A stretch of 58,841 bases of DNA, filler included, from Sphacelaria rigidula (lineage: Eukaryota), in NCBI GenBank assembly GCA_964200075.2. It is 8 parts of 8 records of this genome, joined end to end, with 100 filler letters (N's around TTAATTAATTAA, not from the genome) between each part and the next. Parts side by side here need not be neighbours in the genome. Positions count along the whole stretch, not along the records: positions 36,841 to 44,107 come from CAXNAA020015700.1; positions 44,208 to 51,474 come from CAXNAA020015701.1; 6 more parts are not named here. One strand, written 5' to 3'. Position numbers and translations under genes: made by a program. Each line of letters begins with the position of its first letter. Positions within the stretch are counted from its first letter, which is position 1. The notes beneath the pieces are model-generated. The model had not been told where the DNA came from. It did not search any database and was given only the letters and a program-made list of their open reading frames with translations. Of this stretch, positions 36,941-51,110 are shown one piece after another.

Positions 36941-37720
36941 AGTCGTGCTACGGTAGGGGTGCACAAAAAAAACCCGGGCCGGCGCACTGGAGCTAGACAT
37001 AGACACTCGCGCATGCGCACTTGTGCCGTTAGGACGAAGTTGCGTCCGAACGTCAGGCAATCCTCTCGTACGCAAACATCTCGAGTTGTGAAAAACGTCT
37101 TCGTTTCGTCAACAACCTGAAGGATACCTCAGACGAGTTTTCACGGTTAAAACGAATTAGGGTTCATACAAGTTGACTCCCCATGAAATTACAGGATTCA
37201 ACCATATGCCGACTGTTGGTCCCGCATGAACCCGAGGGTGGAAAACATTTGCAGTATAGTCATCTCGCGCGCATTAAAGATGTGAGAAAAGTACGCGTGA
37301 TTCAAGGCCCATGAAATAAGAGGATTCAACCATGTGCCGACTCTTCGTCCCGCATGAACCCGACGGTGGGAAACATACACGGGCGCTCACCTCGCGCGAA
37401 TCACACATGGTGTAGATGCACATGTCATTCACGCCTCATGAAATTAAAAGTGGGTGGCATATACAATCGATTAATTACACACGAAGTACAGGGGATAAAT
37501 ATGTTCCCATGATTTATCCCGTATGAATGGAAGGTAGGAAACAGGTAACTTTGACGGTGTACTGCACAAGTCATGAGCTCAACACCTGTATAAACTAAAA
37601 ATGATGTACGAATCGTATAGCTTTTTCGTTGGAATGATGAACATGAGTTGAATCACGATTTTATTCGTCCTAACCGTGCAAGTTTTGACCTAAAAAGTGC
37701 ACCGCTACCGTAGCACGACT
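36941..37720. mobile_element. Non-autonomous TIR element with internal ~131-bp tandem repeat
   Basis: TIR agtcgtgctacggtaggggtgcac / gtgcaccgctaccgtagcacgact (1 mismatch). Internal cccatgaaat..aggattcaaccat..gccgact..tcccgcatgaacccga is repeated at about 37180 and 37310. Confidence 0.75.
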
Positions 37721-38084
37721 CGTGAGCCAAATTAAGAGGGATATTTCAGTAAAATAGTTTACCGTTTGACTGCAAAACTGTCCATTTAAAATCATGCAGG
37801 CCAATGCCCCACTTTGTTTATTGATATTTGTATACGGCTACTCCTTCATTCAACATCCTGCGCTCTTCGTGGTCAAAGGGTTCACCTGTAAGAAAACTTG
37901 TCTATCTGGCCTTGCACTGTACGTGGCCCAACCATCGCACAGGAAGACTATTCTCAGCCGGCGTTCAACCGCGCGGCCTGTAAAGTATGTACCCTATAAT
38001 TCCCTCACTGGCATCTCTACGGACATATGTACATTCTACCTAGTCCACTATAATAGTGGTGGCGCTGACTGCTGCTATACGCCA

Positions 38085-41000
38085 TCATTCGGGCACCATT
38101 TTTTCATCCCTACTCCAATCATTCTTGAGCCTCTTGAGCAATGTCCAGCCCTCACGACCCTTTGCCCCGTTTGCCGCGTTATCCAGACGCTCCCATATTA
38201 GCGCTCCACCCGATACCACTGTTGGAAGCCCCACAAACAAGACTTTTTCCACTAGCAACGCCGTCACGTCCAATATCTTGAGACCCACTTTGGAAGCCTC
38301 TGAGACATCATCTTCCACCTCAGCCTCCGCATCTACAAACGATTCACCCTCATCAACGACGACTGCAATGCTAGCTTGTCCTGAAGGAATGTTTGCCGGT
38401 ACATCTTGTGCCGGTGAGCCGTTCAACACATCCGCGTGCTCTTCCTTCTGTTGCCTGCTGGTTGTTCGCTCGTATAGCGTTCTTGCAACAGCCTCGCTCA
38501 CCACGGTTGCATCGAGGACTTCACCCACCTGTGCCGTAGATTCTTCTTCAGACTGTATTTCAACGGGCTCCGCCGGATTCGCGGACGGTACCTCGGAGTC
38601 TATTGGTGTCGCGTCCATCCCCACTCTATCAGATGAACGTTCTGGCGGCCTGTCGTCTTTCATACCCTCTACCTCTTCCCGAGAGGTGTTTTCGATTGCA
38701 CTACCCTCTTGCTGAAGCATGTCGGAAACCAATGACTTCGGTGGCATGCCCCCTCCGACCATGCCCACTGTCCGTGGGTCTGTGTCGCCAATCAAGGTTC
38801 GCTCATCGTTTATTCCACCTGATACGTCGATATCCGAATTCTCAGCCTTGGGTACTTCAATCCTGTTTGTGTTACTTGAAATCCTGGTGTCATAGCTTCG
38901 TAAGACTCCCCCTTCCGCCACACTGGCCATCTCCTTCGATATGCGAGCGAAACCACCTACGCGCTCCTCGGCCTCTGGGAGGGTGGACACCTCCCAGAGG
39001 CGAACAGCAGCCATTAGCGCATCTTCCTGCACGCGCGCCGCCTCGTTCAAGGGCCTCTCCGGCGATTCTTGGCATACACAACTCAGCCAATCATCCACAA
39101 GTCCTGCCTCTAACGTACTATGGGCCCTAAAGGCATCAAATTCTTTCAGCAGTGTAAGAGCTCCAGTAAATTCATCCGGGCTACCTACCCCAGTGACCAC
39201 AGCAGTGTGGGCCACCATTTTTGCCTTTTCCAACCTTGAATTGATGTTGATCATTTGAGCAGTCCTGGGGGACACAGCAATCGCAGACACAAAACACAGG
39301 GTTTAAATGGGTAAATCATACCATGAACGTGTCGATTTAGCACTCGCGAAGACAGATCACGTGAATGGTTACACCTGTTGATTTACTGTAAACATGGACT
39401 GTGGCAATGTGTTGATATGCACACGCCTGCGCGACGTGGGCTTTGAACACGAGATACGAAGTGCTGTTGTTTCTTGTCATGTTGTTGTCTACACGCAACA
39501 CAGTCATACCCTACCTTTCAGATGCCGTCCTCAAGTACGTGCGCACGGCCGAAGACAACTCCATGACATTCATCGCCAAATGCTCTCGTCGCACAATACG
39601 TGCTTCGGCCGCCTCCACCGCCTCGTTCATTTCAGTGAGGACGTACTGCTGCTGGACGGTTTTCGCAACGCTTCTGACTTGCTCCAGCAATACATCCTCC
39701 TGTGCCCTGCTCTCCTCCACAAAAGATATCACAGGTTCGGTCGAATTCAGGATAGCATTCGCAGCCTCCGTCCGTCGTTCTTGCAGGGCAACATCTTGCT
39801 CTCCATATCGCAAGCAAACAGAAAGTTCGTTGGCCAGTAAACTTGGGCGAGCAACAACCCTTGATAACAATTCCGGATCAAGTTGAGCGTCATCCACACT
39901 TGCGGCGATCTTCAAAAGTGACAAATCCCCTTGGTCGTCCTCTGGGTCACGAGCTGTTCGCCACAAGCGCTTCCACACGCCAAATGCATCAGGCGGCGGT
40001 GGCATTGGCTCACGCCGCTCCTTTCGCTTGTCGAAGCTTCTCGCTCTTAACGACGCTGTCCGCTCCTTTACGTCGTCCGGTTCGACGCCACCTTGGCGGG
40101 ATCTGAAGTTCGGTACTGTTTCCAAGTCGGTGGACGAATCTTCCGCTACCGTCCCCTCTAGAAGATTCTGTCTTGGTGGATCGGGACCGCCTAGGAGAAA
40201 GCTTGTGTCGCGGGCTTCCGGTAGGAAGAGGCCAAGAGGCTTCAACAGTTTGTTCGCACGGCTACCAGCGCGCTCGTACTTGACCTGGATGAAAGCGCGA
40301 TAAAAACGATTACTGATGCCCCCGAGACAGTGCTATATTGTGCGACAGATGGCGTATTGACAGCAATAGTAAACGACCTCAAGTCTCTCCCGACCGAACT
40401 AGTCTACATTTCAAAAACCACGCACCTCCTGCTCCACTTCGTACGCGAGATCAGCTGCCTTGTTCAATGTTGAAGGCAGGGATCCAAGTAACTTGGCCGG
40501 TAGTGGCTTACCCCGGAGACGACGCTGCACGAAAACAACACGAAAACAACAGGACAGCGAGGGGGACAAAAAAAAAGCACAGTACGCGTGCATGAATCAC
40601 GCACCAACAAGTACATCCAAGTATCGCCAGGATGGGCATCAAGACTACCCTCTCGGAAAAAGTGAGCATATGAGGACGGCGTTTACACAATATTATCTCC
40701 ACATAAAGTCTACCCCGCGGGCGTAACACTTGCCTGTCGTCGGTAGGCAGCGCTCAGGCGTTTGTCATCGTCGTCAAAATCCTTCAATGATGTCAACATC
40801 TTGGGTGAGTTATCCAGTGAGTCTGGTGCCATCCCCAGTGACAGCAGCTGCAGTGAAACATTCAAGCTCTCCTGGGTGTCGGTCGCATTTATTCCCATCA
40901 GCATCAAAGCAGGGCTGTTTCAGTTGTTTCAGGGCGACACGCGGTAGGAACGGTGTGGGCACCAAATATATCCTTCATACATAATTCGAAAATTAAAATG

Positions 41001-42242
41001 CACATATGTACATTCATCATCATCAGGGCCAAGTAGATTTCATATCACTTGAACGGCATGTCGAAAGTGCTATCAATGAGAGTTAACGTCACTCCTGGAC
41101 AGCATAATGTCTAGCTATACTGGGGCGGAAACATTAGTTGAAAATCTTCAGGAGGCAAAGCTAACGAACAGCCAAAAGGTCTGTTCGAGGGTTGTCTGTT
41201 CGTGGGTTCTGGTGGATATCATGAAAGAATAAAAAACAAATGGTGGTACGTGGGGTCAATGATTGCCTTTTCACCTGATCCTATCCCTATCGATCCAAAC
41301 GACAAATACCCAGGCCATTCTCAACACACATTTCATATCATACCACTGTCGTTGTGAATATCAACAACCTTCTCAAGGAACATTGCTTGTTTTGAATATC
41401 AACAACCCTCTCAAGGAACATTGCTTGCACATGACTGACCGACGCAGCCAAAAGCCTCGACCGATAACCACATATAACAGACCTAACATATGGCCTACCG
41501 GAGTGCAGCTCGCGCTTATGGTGCAATGTAGTGCAATGTAGTTGTACATATATCGTCGACTTCAGTATCAATTCATGTTGCCCTCGGATTTGCCGAGAGG
41601 AAAAACTTTTAGCATTGCACCGGTTTGCTGAACTATAGTGTATTTAACGCCTGCAGTATGAAAGATGTATCCTGTCTACCGTTTTCCGTGTGTTGCCAGG
41701 CGCGTTGACGGCAAAAACCGTCCATACCAGCTGTTAGAGGACGGTCGAACTGCCTTCCTGAAAGACGAAAGAAGAAATCCATGTTCTAGGAACATGTGGA
41801 GACAGGCGAGGCGGACCGCTGAAAGGAAAAATTCACCGACTCGTCTTCAGACACGGGTAAGGGGACATTGATTCCTACAGGGGTAATTACTACTGTACCT
41901 ACATATTCGTGGAAATGACGCACTTGATAGGCTCGCCGCACACGCCAATTCGTTCATGTACTTTTTGTATTTGAAAGAGAAAATGCATCAACCAGCAGAT
42001 GTAACAGACGTTATCGACCACTCCCTTTTGTACGCCCGCACACGCTTCAAATGCGCGTGAACCCAGGATGTTCACCCTAATCAGAAAGGGTACCATGGTT
42101 TGTTGCTCCGGCCCATACCTTGCAGCACCTGTCGCGGCCAGAAGAAGCTTGCCTGTTCCAGCAGCTGCTTGCTTGGACGCAAAGTCCACCAAAGCACCGA
42201 CGGCTTTTGCATCCGTTTGGGCGCGGTTTGAAACGTAAATAC
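38085..42242 (-). CDS. Uncharacterised acidic/helical protein, 3' exons (start not resolved)
   Basis: Phase-consistent exons 42242-42119, 40914-40734 (GC donor), 40284-39515 and 39264-38085 (stop), over 700 codons open in total. The C-terminus has a hydrophobic segment (ILDVTALLVEKVLFVGLPTVVSGGALIW). Confidence 0.8.
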
Positions 42243-44207
42243 CTAGACACACAAATACGCGAATCAGAAAATCGAGAAGTTGGAATCACCATTCGATACT
42301 CGAACACACGGCGCCCAGAGGGAGACTCGTCACAGTATACTATCGTTCCATCCGTGAGCACAGCTCTTCAACTTGTAGAAATGGCACATCTTGCGGGGCA
42401 CAACAGAGTGAGCTCCGCCGCTGGCTTCTAGCAAGTCGGCGAGGGTGTGTAAATAGAGGCCATAGCCAAGTCAAGCGAGGTGTGCAACGTGTTTCGCCTT
42501 TCCTGTCCAGATGTCATCTTGACGAAGTTGAAGACGTACAACAACATTTCCCAGGGGGAGATTGACGACTTTCGGTCACTTTGTCTGGATTTGATGAGGA
42601 CACACTCAACGCACTCTTGCCAAAACCGGTGGCGATCTGAGCGCGGCTTGAGAGCCGTCCTAATCCACCCCTGGGTTTTTCAGCGACTACCGGGCGCGCT
42701 CAGTGTATGGGTGCGGCAGGAGTCAGGGATGGTGAAGAGGCGATGTTTGATGCGGGATTCACGGGACACGTGGAAAACGACGTCAACATTCTACAAGCAA
42801 ACAGGCACGTGTACTACATACACTATGTTTTTGGCGAGCAGGTGAGTTTACGTCGCAACAAGCCATTACCATCGTGGTGCCTTCGCTGCGAGCTAACTGT
42901 GCACTTCAACCCCAATTGCTCGAACGGGAACTGGCGGCGGTGAAAGTTGGGCTAGCGGCTCTCGTGCAGGCTGTCCGCGTCTGGCTCGGCATTTCGTTCA
43001 CATGTGCAGGCTTTTCGGTGAGCAAGCACGCCTGCAGCTGACTACCAACACCACCAACATGCGTTTTGCGAAGGCAGCGACAACCCCAGATATGAAACTA
43101 TTTATTATCGGCACAGAAACACAGTAGGGATGGGTTTGAAGCTTCCAACACATCATTGGTGTCATTTTTCGACTGTCGGAGGACATGGTGTGGCTGTGCC
43201 AGTTGCGTTTCCTTTCCAGGGCCCTCATCGGAAGCATTGTTTGGAAGATGTTTGCGCGGTAGAATGCTTAATTTCGTGGTTCCACTGCAGTACGCGGTGT
43301 GCGGTACCTGTTAAATGCGGGGCGGTATTTTGTTATCTTGATATCACACGCGGTAGTACGGCATGTTTTCCGAAAGTGCGGTGCGTACGGTACAGGGCCG
43401 GACGGCTGAAGTACCCACGCGATAAGATCAAATTATTGTAGTTTTGAGGGGAAAAAAACCTCGGTACCCCACCGCGGACAAATCGCGGTTGTCGGCATAC
43501 CCTACGTACAAGTGCACCTCATGTATTCATGTGCGCATGGTCAATGAGTGCATCAAGGGCGACCCCGCGATACCAAGTCATCGTCAAGATACGGAAAAGC
43601 TTCGGCAAATATGGCGAAAAACAGGCACGGTGTGAGAACTGTGCGCGATACTGTATTTCGGATTCGAATTCTTCATCTTCTACCATGCTCAACTTGAATT
43701 GAGACCGCTTCTTACAGGGGCATGATGTTCTTCAATTGAATATATTAGAATTGGGACATTTGTCACCGTTCTTGACGCCAAAGCAGGAAATAATCACCCG
43801 CATGTCTTGGAAAAATGGATCATTTAGCAACCGTAGCGCGCTCAGTCACACAGGAATGTACAGTTGTTTGGAAGCTTCCTTTTTTCTATTACGCGGAGAG
43901 CGAATCAATGATATCCACTGATAGCATACAGCATACTATAACGGAAGAGCTGGAGCGACCAACAAGAAGAGTCATTGGATGAAAAAGTGTCCCAGGAAAA
44001 GCGTCCAACGTTGATCCAAATTCAAATAACTGTACACGAGGGTACGTTGTTTTTGGGGGAATATACAAAAAAGGGTAGACCCTTAGTTTTTGGAGCAGAA
44101 AAGGGTGNNNNNNNNNNNNNNNNNNNNNNNNNNNNNNNNNNNNNNNNNNNNTTAATTAATTAANNNNNNNNNNNNNNNNNNNNNNNNNNNNNNNNNNNNN
44201 NNNNNNN

Positions 44208-44475
44208 AGCGACTACGTCGTGGATACACAAAATGCGACTCAACGGTCGACGAGGGAAAGGGACCGCTGAACCCCTCTCGCGATAAAAATCAAAGGCAAG
44301 CACCGCAGAAGGAAGGTGGGGTACCAAAAACAAACGAAAAATAGAAAAAAAGCTCCTGTGTTGACCTTCCTTCTGTGTGACCCCGACTGGTGCGCCCGCA
44401 TATACCGAAAGGTGTAGACCGGCGTCCAGAATAGATGAGACGACAACACACACATACACAACACAACACAACACT
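44208..44475 (+). mobile_element. SINE family 1, 3' part (contig starts inside it)
   Basis: cgactcaacggtcgacgaggg..cccctctcgcgataaaa..gacgacaacacacacatacacaacac matches the reverse complement of 6651-6910. Confidence 0.82.
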
Positions 44476-46256
44476 GTAGTGTGCATTTTCCTCAAGGAGG
44501 GGATAAGTCTGACTCGTGTGGTCACAGCTAATTAGGATACATTTCGATGAGCTGGCTGAAGCTAACATAACTAACTCGGCGAAATGAAGCGCGACTCGAG
44601 CAGTAGAAACTCGTTCGGGAAGGTGGCGGGCGAGCTAGCTCGAGTCATCACGGCAAACTCAAGAAAATATCACGAATGCAAGAAGTCCAAGTCCCACCCC
44701 GAAGATCCAGACTCATTCGAACAACATCAACGAGACATGAGTGTAACACCTTCCCCAAGCGCTTGCCCCACCTCGAAAGGAATGCGTGGTCAAGTGGTCG
44801 AATAACTGAGGCAAGCACCAAATGAGTACGTCCCCGCGCTGTCGCCATCATCAGGTGTTTAAGCCACTCCAATCTGTCAAAGCGGAAAACACCTTGGGCC
44901 ATGAGAGAGGCAAGGCTGTCGTTTCGCTGCTTGACGGACAAGTGGGCAACACGGACGTGTGTGTACGGACACCGTATTTTTACGGGTTACAAACGTCCTC
45001 TCGCGGCAGACATGTTTTCTCGGCGTTGATATTTCTCTGGGGGAAGAACCCGGCACTGTTAAAGCGGCCGGTGTACAGTCAGATTTCGACCAAGTGCTTT
45101 TCAATGTCGCTAGTTTCCGCACGATTCTTGAGGTTGAGACTGTCGTCGCAACGGAACATTGAACTTTCGTCACAAGGGAACGTTTGGCTCTGTACGTCAC
45201 GGTACGACAGCCGGCACAAGTTGCTGCGAACACTTTCTACGATAGCCCCCTCCCAAAACCAGCCCAAAGATTGTCACGGAAAGAGTGGTCATAGAGCGCC
45301 GGATGTTTTGGTTCAGGTTGCACGAAGCGCCTCATATTGGCGACATTGGCGAGAACGAACCCAAGCGTGAGAATGCCCAGCTGCTCGCTGTGCTCGTCTT
45401 TTTCCATATCGATTCACGGGAAGATTTTACCTCGCCAAACCATGCACTTTTTCGGGGGGGGGCTATCGTGGGAACTGTCTCAGGCGGTAGTGCTGCCAAG
45501 CTTTGGAGGATAGCGTCTCTGAGGTCGTTCCGTTTTGACATTTTCTGGAAGGGTAAAACTCCGCAGTTTCTGAACGGTACCGATGGTGGACATATGTTGC
45601 CAACATCCTTCCAAGCATTCGATTTCCACGCGGCGTGACCGGAACTGCCCAGAGTCTTCCAGAAGTTGCAACAGTGATCTCAACAAGAGGCCCTCATAGC
45701 TTTGTTGCGACAAAAGTCATGGCACCCGTGTATCCCTGTTGACCCGCGAAGTTGCCACGTGGCACGTACACGACAGCAACGTGAGCGTGGCCCTGGCTCA
45801 GGCTTGCATACGCATGTTGGACAACCGGAGACTCAAGGTTACCTTCGGCTTGCTTACATGTGTTGCGATTGCTTGTGCTTTCCCCTTTCAAGTGGACGCG
45901 TTGTTGCTTTGTCACAAAAATAAATAGGTCTCGTTGACCTCTGAGTACCCGCGACTTACCGTCGGAACTATTCGCGATATAATGCTTGGGTTAGTGTTTT
46001 TGCCCTTCCGTGTCAAGACGGCCCGTCACACAGACCAAGCGTGCCAAACAGCGTCAAAACTCTCACTCACAATGCTGATATGTTCCTCGTGCCTATAGTC
46101 TACGTATGCCGCAGCTATAATCTGCAAGTCGAGACGCAAGGCTGGTGTGGTCTCCCCCCATTATAACTAGATTGTCATTGTCGTCGTCGCTGTTACTTCG
46201 GCTGCTGCAGTCTTAATCTTTCACCCCTCCCCTGCTGCGCTGTCACCGATATTTAG

Positions 46257-46643
46257 ACGAATGCTACAGGTTCCAGAGAGGACCGGATATCCACGCGCAC
46301 GGCTACTACCGCGTCCCCGGCGGAGGTGCCAACGACAAGAAGCAACGTTGGCATCCCCACAAGCGAGACAACCTCCACAGCACAAACGTCGGCGACAAGC
46401 GGAGAAAGAGCTTCGGCGGTTGCGGCGACAGTTGGTGAGGGCATCGGTGAGATGTTTGACGGCGTTAGACAAGCCGTGGACGCTGCGATTAAGCAGGGTT
46501 CCCACGATCTTGATCAACAGCTGGAAAAAAGCAAAAAGATGTCATCACAACCCGAGATTGCCGTCGACTTATCCGGGGTTGGTCCTGTTGATACTTCTGT
46601 AACGAGCGACGAGAAGTCCACGCAAGAAATAGCACGAGAAAAG
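46257..46643 (+). CDS. Probable internal exon of an unknown gene (Thr/Ser/Ala-rich)
   Basis: A pyrimidine-rich tract and ttag| acceptor, 129 open codons (TNATGSREDR..GEMFDGVRQAVDAAIKQG..QEIAREK), then an aag|gtga donor. Confidence 0.55.
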
Positions 46644-48109
46644 GTGAAGGCTGCCGACGTGGTAGGAATAGTGGGAATGGAGGCAGTGTTGGAGGTTGCA
46701 GGCGAACGAAGGGGCTGAGGGGTGGGAGGATGTGGTTCTTGTGGGTCGAACAGCGCTGCGACGACGGCAGAGGCGGGAAACAGCGCAACCGAGCGGGGGC
46801 GAAGATGGGAAAAACGGTGTGGGAAGGTTAAACCGTACACGGCGGGTTGTAGGGCAGGGCCACTACATTGTGTGCAATTTTGTGATGAATTTATGGCCGA
46901 TGGACGGGCGATACTTGCAAGTTGAAGCCTCCGATGAGAGTGTAGAGTACTTTTGCCGACACAATACTATACTTTTGTGTTGAAGAAACGGGGCGGGATG
47001 AGAAGGGAGAGCGGTATAAGAAGGACTTTCATTTTTCAACTTATAACCGGAGCGGATCGGAGGCCGGGGGCAAAGTAATAAGACACGAGTTCATGTGCTC
47101 ACGTTGTATAGTTGATGGGCAGACGATCGTTACAGACTCGGCGCGCCCTCCCCAGAGTAGAGTAGTTTTGGTGCTATGGTCGTCCGGGGAGGAGGCAAGG
47201 GGGGGGGGGGCTGGTACATACACAAAGTGCTGTGTAGCAGCGTGCGTTGCAATTGTGAATACAGCAGGGGCAGGCTTGCATCGAGTGAGCGGCATATATT
47301 TCTACTGCTCCTGACGAGTTTTACATGAGTTTATCATTAATAATGGTGTGACCAATTTTTCCTCCGTATTTGTAGGAGTCGTTTATGTGGGTAGGTTTTC
47401 CTCCGTGTTTTTTAATAACTGTTCATGTGAGTAGGTTGGAGAGAGTCGTGCGATAGTAAGCGCCATGCCGTACGTGTCATGTTCTGGAGCGACTCCATTT
47501 CTAGCCTTGCTTTCCGGAGAACGCTGGGGGTATGTGTGCAGGGTTGACGGTTCCATAAAAGGGCAAGAGCTAATGTCAACAGGATATACGTGGTGTTTGG
47601 ATCTGATTTTTATTTTTACACAAATTGGACGTTGTATACACTGATATACGATCTCACATTGCTCTAGTGATGAACTTGACTGCGACTATTCGGCTCGGCG
47701 TCGAAGGACTACCCCGCGTTTTTCTCGGCGTAGATTGGACTTCACGTGCACTGTTTGATTGGTCAATGTTCCTCGTGTTGCAAATATCCAACACCAAGGC
47801 ACAGATGCGAACATAACAGGTACTTTCTCCTCGCGTTGTGTATATCTGCATATCTACACCAGCAGACATGAAACAATAGACCGACGAAGCTACTGTATGG
47901 TTGATCCCGAAACACGTATACCAGATGAGCACAGACACTATGATGTCATCGTTGATTCATTGACTGATCGATCATCTCACATCTTTAATAGCTGATTGCA
48001 ACAATTTAGCCCGTGGTCAGGAGCAGCGAAAAAAACATAATAAGAAAGAAGGAAATGGACAGAAAGAGACAGAAGCAATAGCCACAGAAAGAAAAGAAGA
48101 AAGGAAGCA

Positions 48110-48118
48110 GCGACGACG

Positions 48119-48161
<43 letters not shown>

Positions 48162-48200
48162 ACACACAAACACGAACACGAACACGAACACGATCACGAT
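48110..48200 (+). repeat. Compound microsatellite (GAC)n(AAC)n(ACACGA)n
   Basis: Directly visible in the sequence. Confidence 0.95.
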
Positions 48201-49954
48201 CATACTTGAACTTTGCATGGTAGGCGTTGAGGTTGGGGCTAGTGTGGTGTACGTATATATTTACATACTGTAAGAAGCCAACAACTGAATTTGCTACCTC
48301 AATCATTGCTTCCGGTTGCGGGTCAACGTGCCCTCTAACTGGAAGGGCATCCACCTACAGGCGAAACAGATTCGTTTGGCTCGCATTTTCTTTCTCTTTC
48401 TGGAGCACTTGTACAACCACAAATCAAGCCCCCCCCCCCTAGTCTCGGCACATGGTTTGATGATTTACATTCCCACTCTACTTTGAAGATAGGAAATAAA
48501 AAAAATGGATGGATTATGCATTTAAATCTCGGATTCCACTCCCCCTTTTCAAAGAACGCACCTGTGGCATCGCCACCGCCGCCTCCGTCACGGATATGAG
48601 ACGTACACACCATAACCAAGCCAACTACGCGACAGAGGAGATATTTATTCAACAATGCGAGGATTTTTGACGTGCTGAACGACCGAGTCGCTATCGTGAC
48701 AAAATACTGAGAGTGACTTGTGGGGGGATGAGGGCAACACACATCCAACGCACCGCGACCACTTTACGCTCCCTTTCGCATTCTCAGATGATAGTTCGTC
48801 TGTTTTCACAAAAATTACTACAAAATTGATTCACCCTTTGGCCGCCAGCATACGGGTAGGCCATCTTCTGTTGGATCGGCATTGATTTCACTCTACAAAA
48901 ACCTGAAATAATACATGACCCAGATGAACTACACCCGTCAAGCGGGTGAATTTAATGATAGTCAAAATGGGAACGGCACTTGTCGCAACACGTTGACTGT
49001 TTTGTCATTTTTTTTTCGTGTATTGTATCAGGGCCGATCTTAACCATAAGACCGCGGTGCGGGTAGTCCATCTAGATCACAGAAACTGTTTTCAAGTGAA
49101 TAATGATGCCGATGCAGCAGGTGACCCACCCTCGGGGTCAAGCGCTTAACCCTAACTTAGTCGGCAATAGTAGTTATCTGTTGAATCGACACCAGTTTCA
49201 CATGAAAAAAGTACCCATGATCCACATAGACTACCCTCCCGGTGTAAGGGTTAACCCTTTTTGGTACTGGATGGAAAACTGTGGATTTCGAAGTGCTATC
49301 TTTTGAGCGATATATTGTTGATGTTTTACAGATCTCTTTCACGCAGGACTATCAGTCCGATTCGTGTTATTCAGACCGGTTTTAGAATATCCCCCGGTGG
49401 GGCACGGGACTCAGTATATAGAAAATCGGAAGACGACACCGTTTTTTTCTTGAAATTGACGTCAGGCATGCAAGTAAGTGCTGACTTCGGCTGTATTCAA
49501 AAACTTGAACAAGCTTGATCCGTTGCATCCCCTCACTTGACGAAACTCCGCCCGCACCGAGGTGACATTTTGAGTGCGCGCATGGCGTGTGCTGGTGGAT
49601 TCTCTTTATGGCTTCCCGCCGTAAAAATGGTTGCCGTCGGTATTTTCTGTTCACATGGACAGTCGTTGACCACTGGCATATATGGTTGAGTCCTGTCATC
49701 TCATGGGGAGTCAGCTCGTATGAACTCTGATTCGTCCTAACCGCGATTTATTTCGGTTTGTGACGTTGCCGTCTTGGATTGGGGCGGCGAAACAGGATTG
49801 ATCTCGGCCGGGTCCTTCTAGATGTGGCTCTAGAATGAAGGTCTGCCGCACGCACCCGGAGTATAGTGATGTGTCTGTGCACGGAAGCGTAAAGTTGTTT
49901 CGAAGCATAAATCGTGTTCGTATTATCACCGTCGCCCTACATTCGCAAGGAACA

Positions 49955-51110
49955 CGGGATTTCACAAATTGGGGATGGATTGTTTATTGAGGATGAGAAG
50001 CTCGGAGAATTGAAATCTTCGTATCCACCAAGGGTCTGTCGAGGAAAATACTCGGGCACGGAGCCCCCCCCCCCCCCCTCCCGTCTCGAAAGGAATGCGT
50101 GGTCAATGGTCACACGACTAAGGCAAGCAACAAATGAGTACGCCCCCCCCCCTCCCCCCCTCCCGGAGGCCAATTTTTCGAAAATTGTCGTGATTTTTTA
50201 CATTCTGTTTTGTGTTTTTTTATGTGAATTCCTTGTTTTTTTTTGTTGAAATCGTTGAAAGAAATTGATTGACAAACACTGACAAAAACGGAAGAGTCTG
50301 GTGGGCTTTGCGAGGTTCGTATATATGCTTCTGCTCGTTGCCCGCTCTGTCCCGATGATCTCGGATACTGTCAACGCTCGCACACATCTATGTTCAACAC
50401 ACGAGCGCACGGTAGCGACAGCCTGTAGCCAAAGTAGCAACATTATCTCACGCTTCGCCAATTTTTCCCGGACTACTACCCGCGAGTGGTGGAGGCACAC
50501 GACACGGAACATGATTCCATAAATGTTATCATGGTGGGTGATGAGCTTGGAGGAGTGGTGTGCCCGTCATCTCAGCGGTCTCCATACCAAGGATCTCTGT
50601 ACACGGCAGCTGACCGCATCCGCCAACGTCTCGGCAATGAACTAGGGGACAGCAGGCTAGGTGTCGCCCCTCCCAACAAAAACTCGAGTTTTCGATCTTT
50701 GGGCCTACGTATCCCAAAATATATATTTGACAGACCCTTGTATCCACACCAAATCTTCCAAATATGGTTCCATTTCTTCACTTGCTGGTAGCTATATTGA
50801 CAACTACCACACGCCATACAATTCTGGATTTCGATAAGCGAAATGTTGGAGTCCCAGGCGAAGAACCAGTCTTGGGGAATTTCGGCTATGCGATCAAATC
50901 ATTACCCCAAATTGTTTCTTCACCTAGAACTCCCACATGTCGGTTATCAGGATCCCAATTCGTATGGCGTACAGTGGTTGTCAATAGCTACCAGTAGTAG
51001 GTGAAGAAGTGGAAGTACATATATTTCGAAGATTTGGTATAGATACGAAGATCTTAGTCCTCCGGGTTCTCATCCTCAATATAGAATCCATCCAACAGTG
51101 GATCCTGGAA
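49955..51110. mobile_element. Diverged foldback element interrupted by a younger insertion
   Basis: The left arm (about 49955-50028 plus 50748-50878) is the diverged reverse complement of the right arm (about 50905-51110). Confidence 0.75.
50029..50740. mobile_element. Non-autonomous DNA transposon, P-superfamily-like (CAAGG TIR, 7-bp TSD)
   Basis: Perfect 12-bp TIR CAAGGGTCTGTC / GACAGACCCTTG flanked by the direct repeat TATCCAC (50022-50028 and 50741-50747). Confidence 0.82.

Noticed and set aside
38056..39258. Plus-strand ORFs of 219, 175 and 105 aa
   Set aside because: Antisense to the large minus-strand terminal exon.
42120..42845. Plus-strand exon-like ORFs (one ending cag|gtgagt near 42841)
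   Set aside because: They partly overlap a better-supported minus-strand exon, no consistent plus-strand model could be built, and no homology was recognised.
47977..48354. 125-aa minus-strand ORF with poly-Val
   Set aside because: The hydrophobic run is translation of the (AAC)n microsatellite; a short exon at about 48300-48354 is possible but unsupported.
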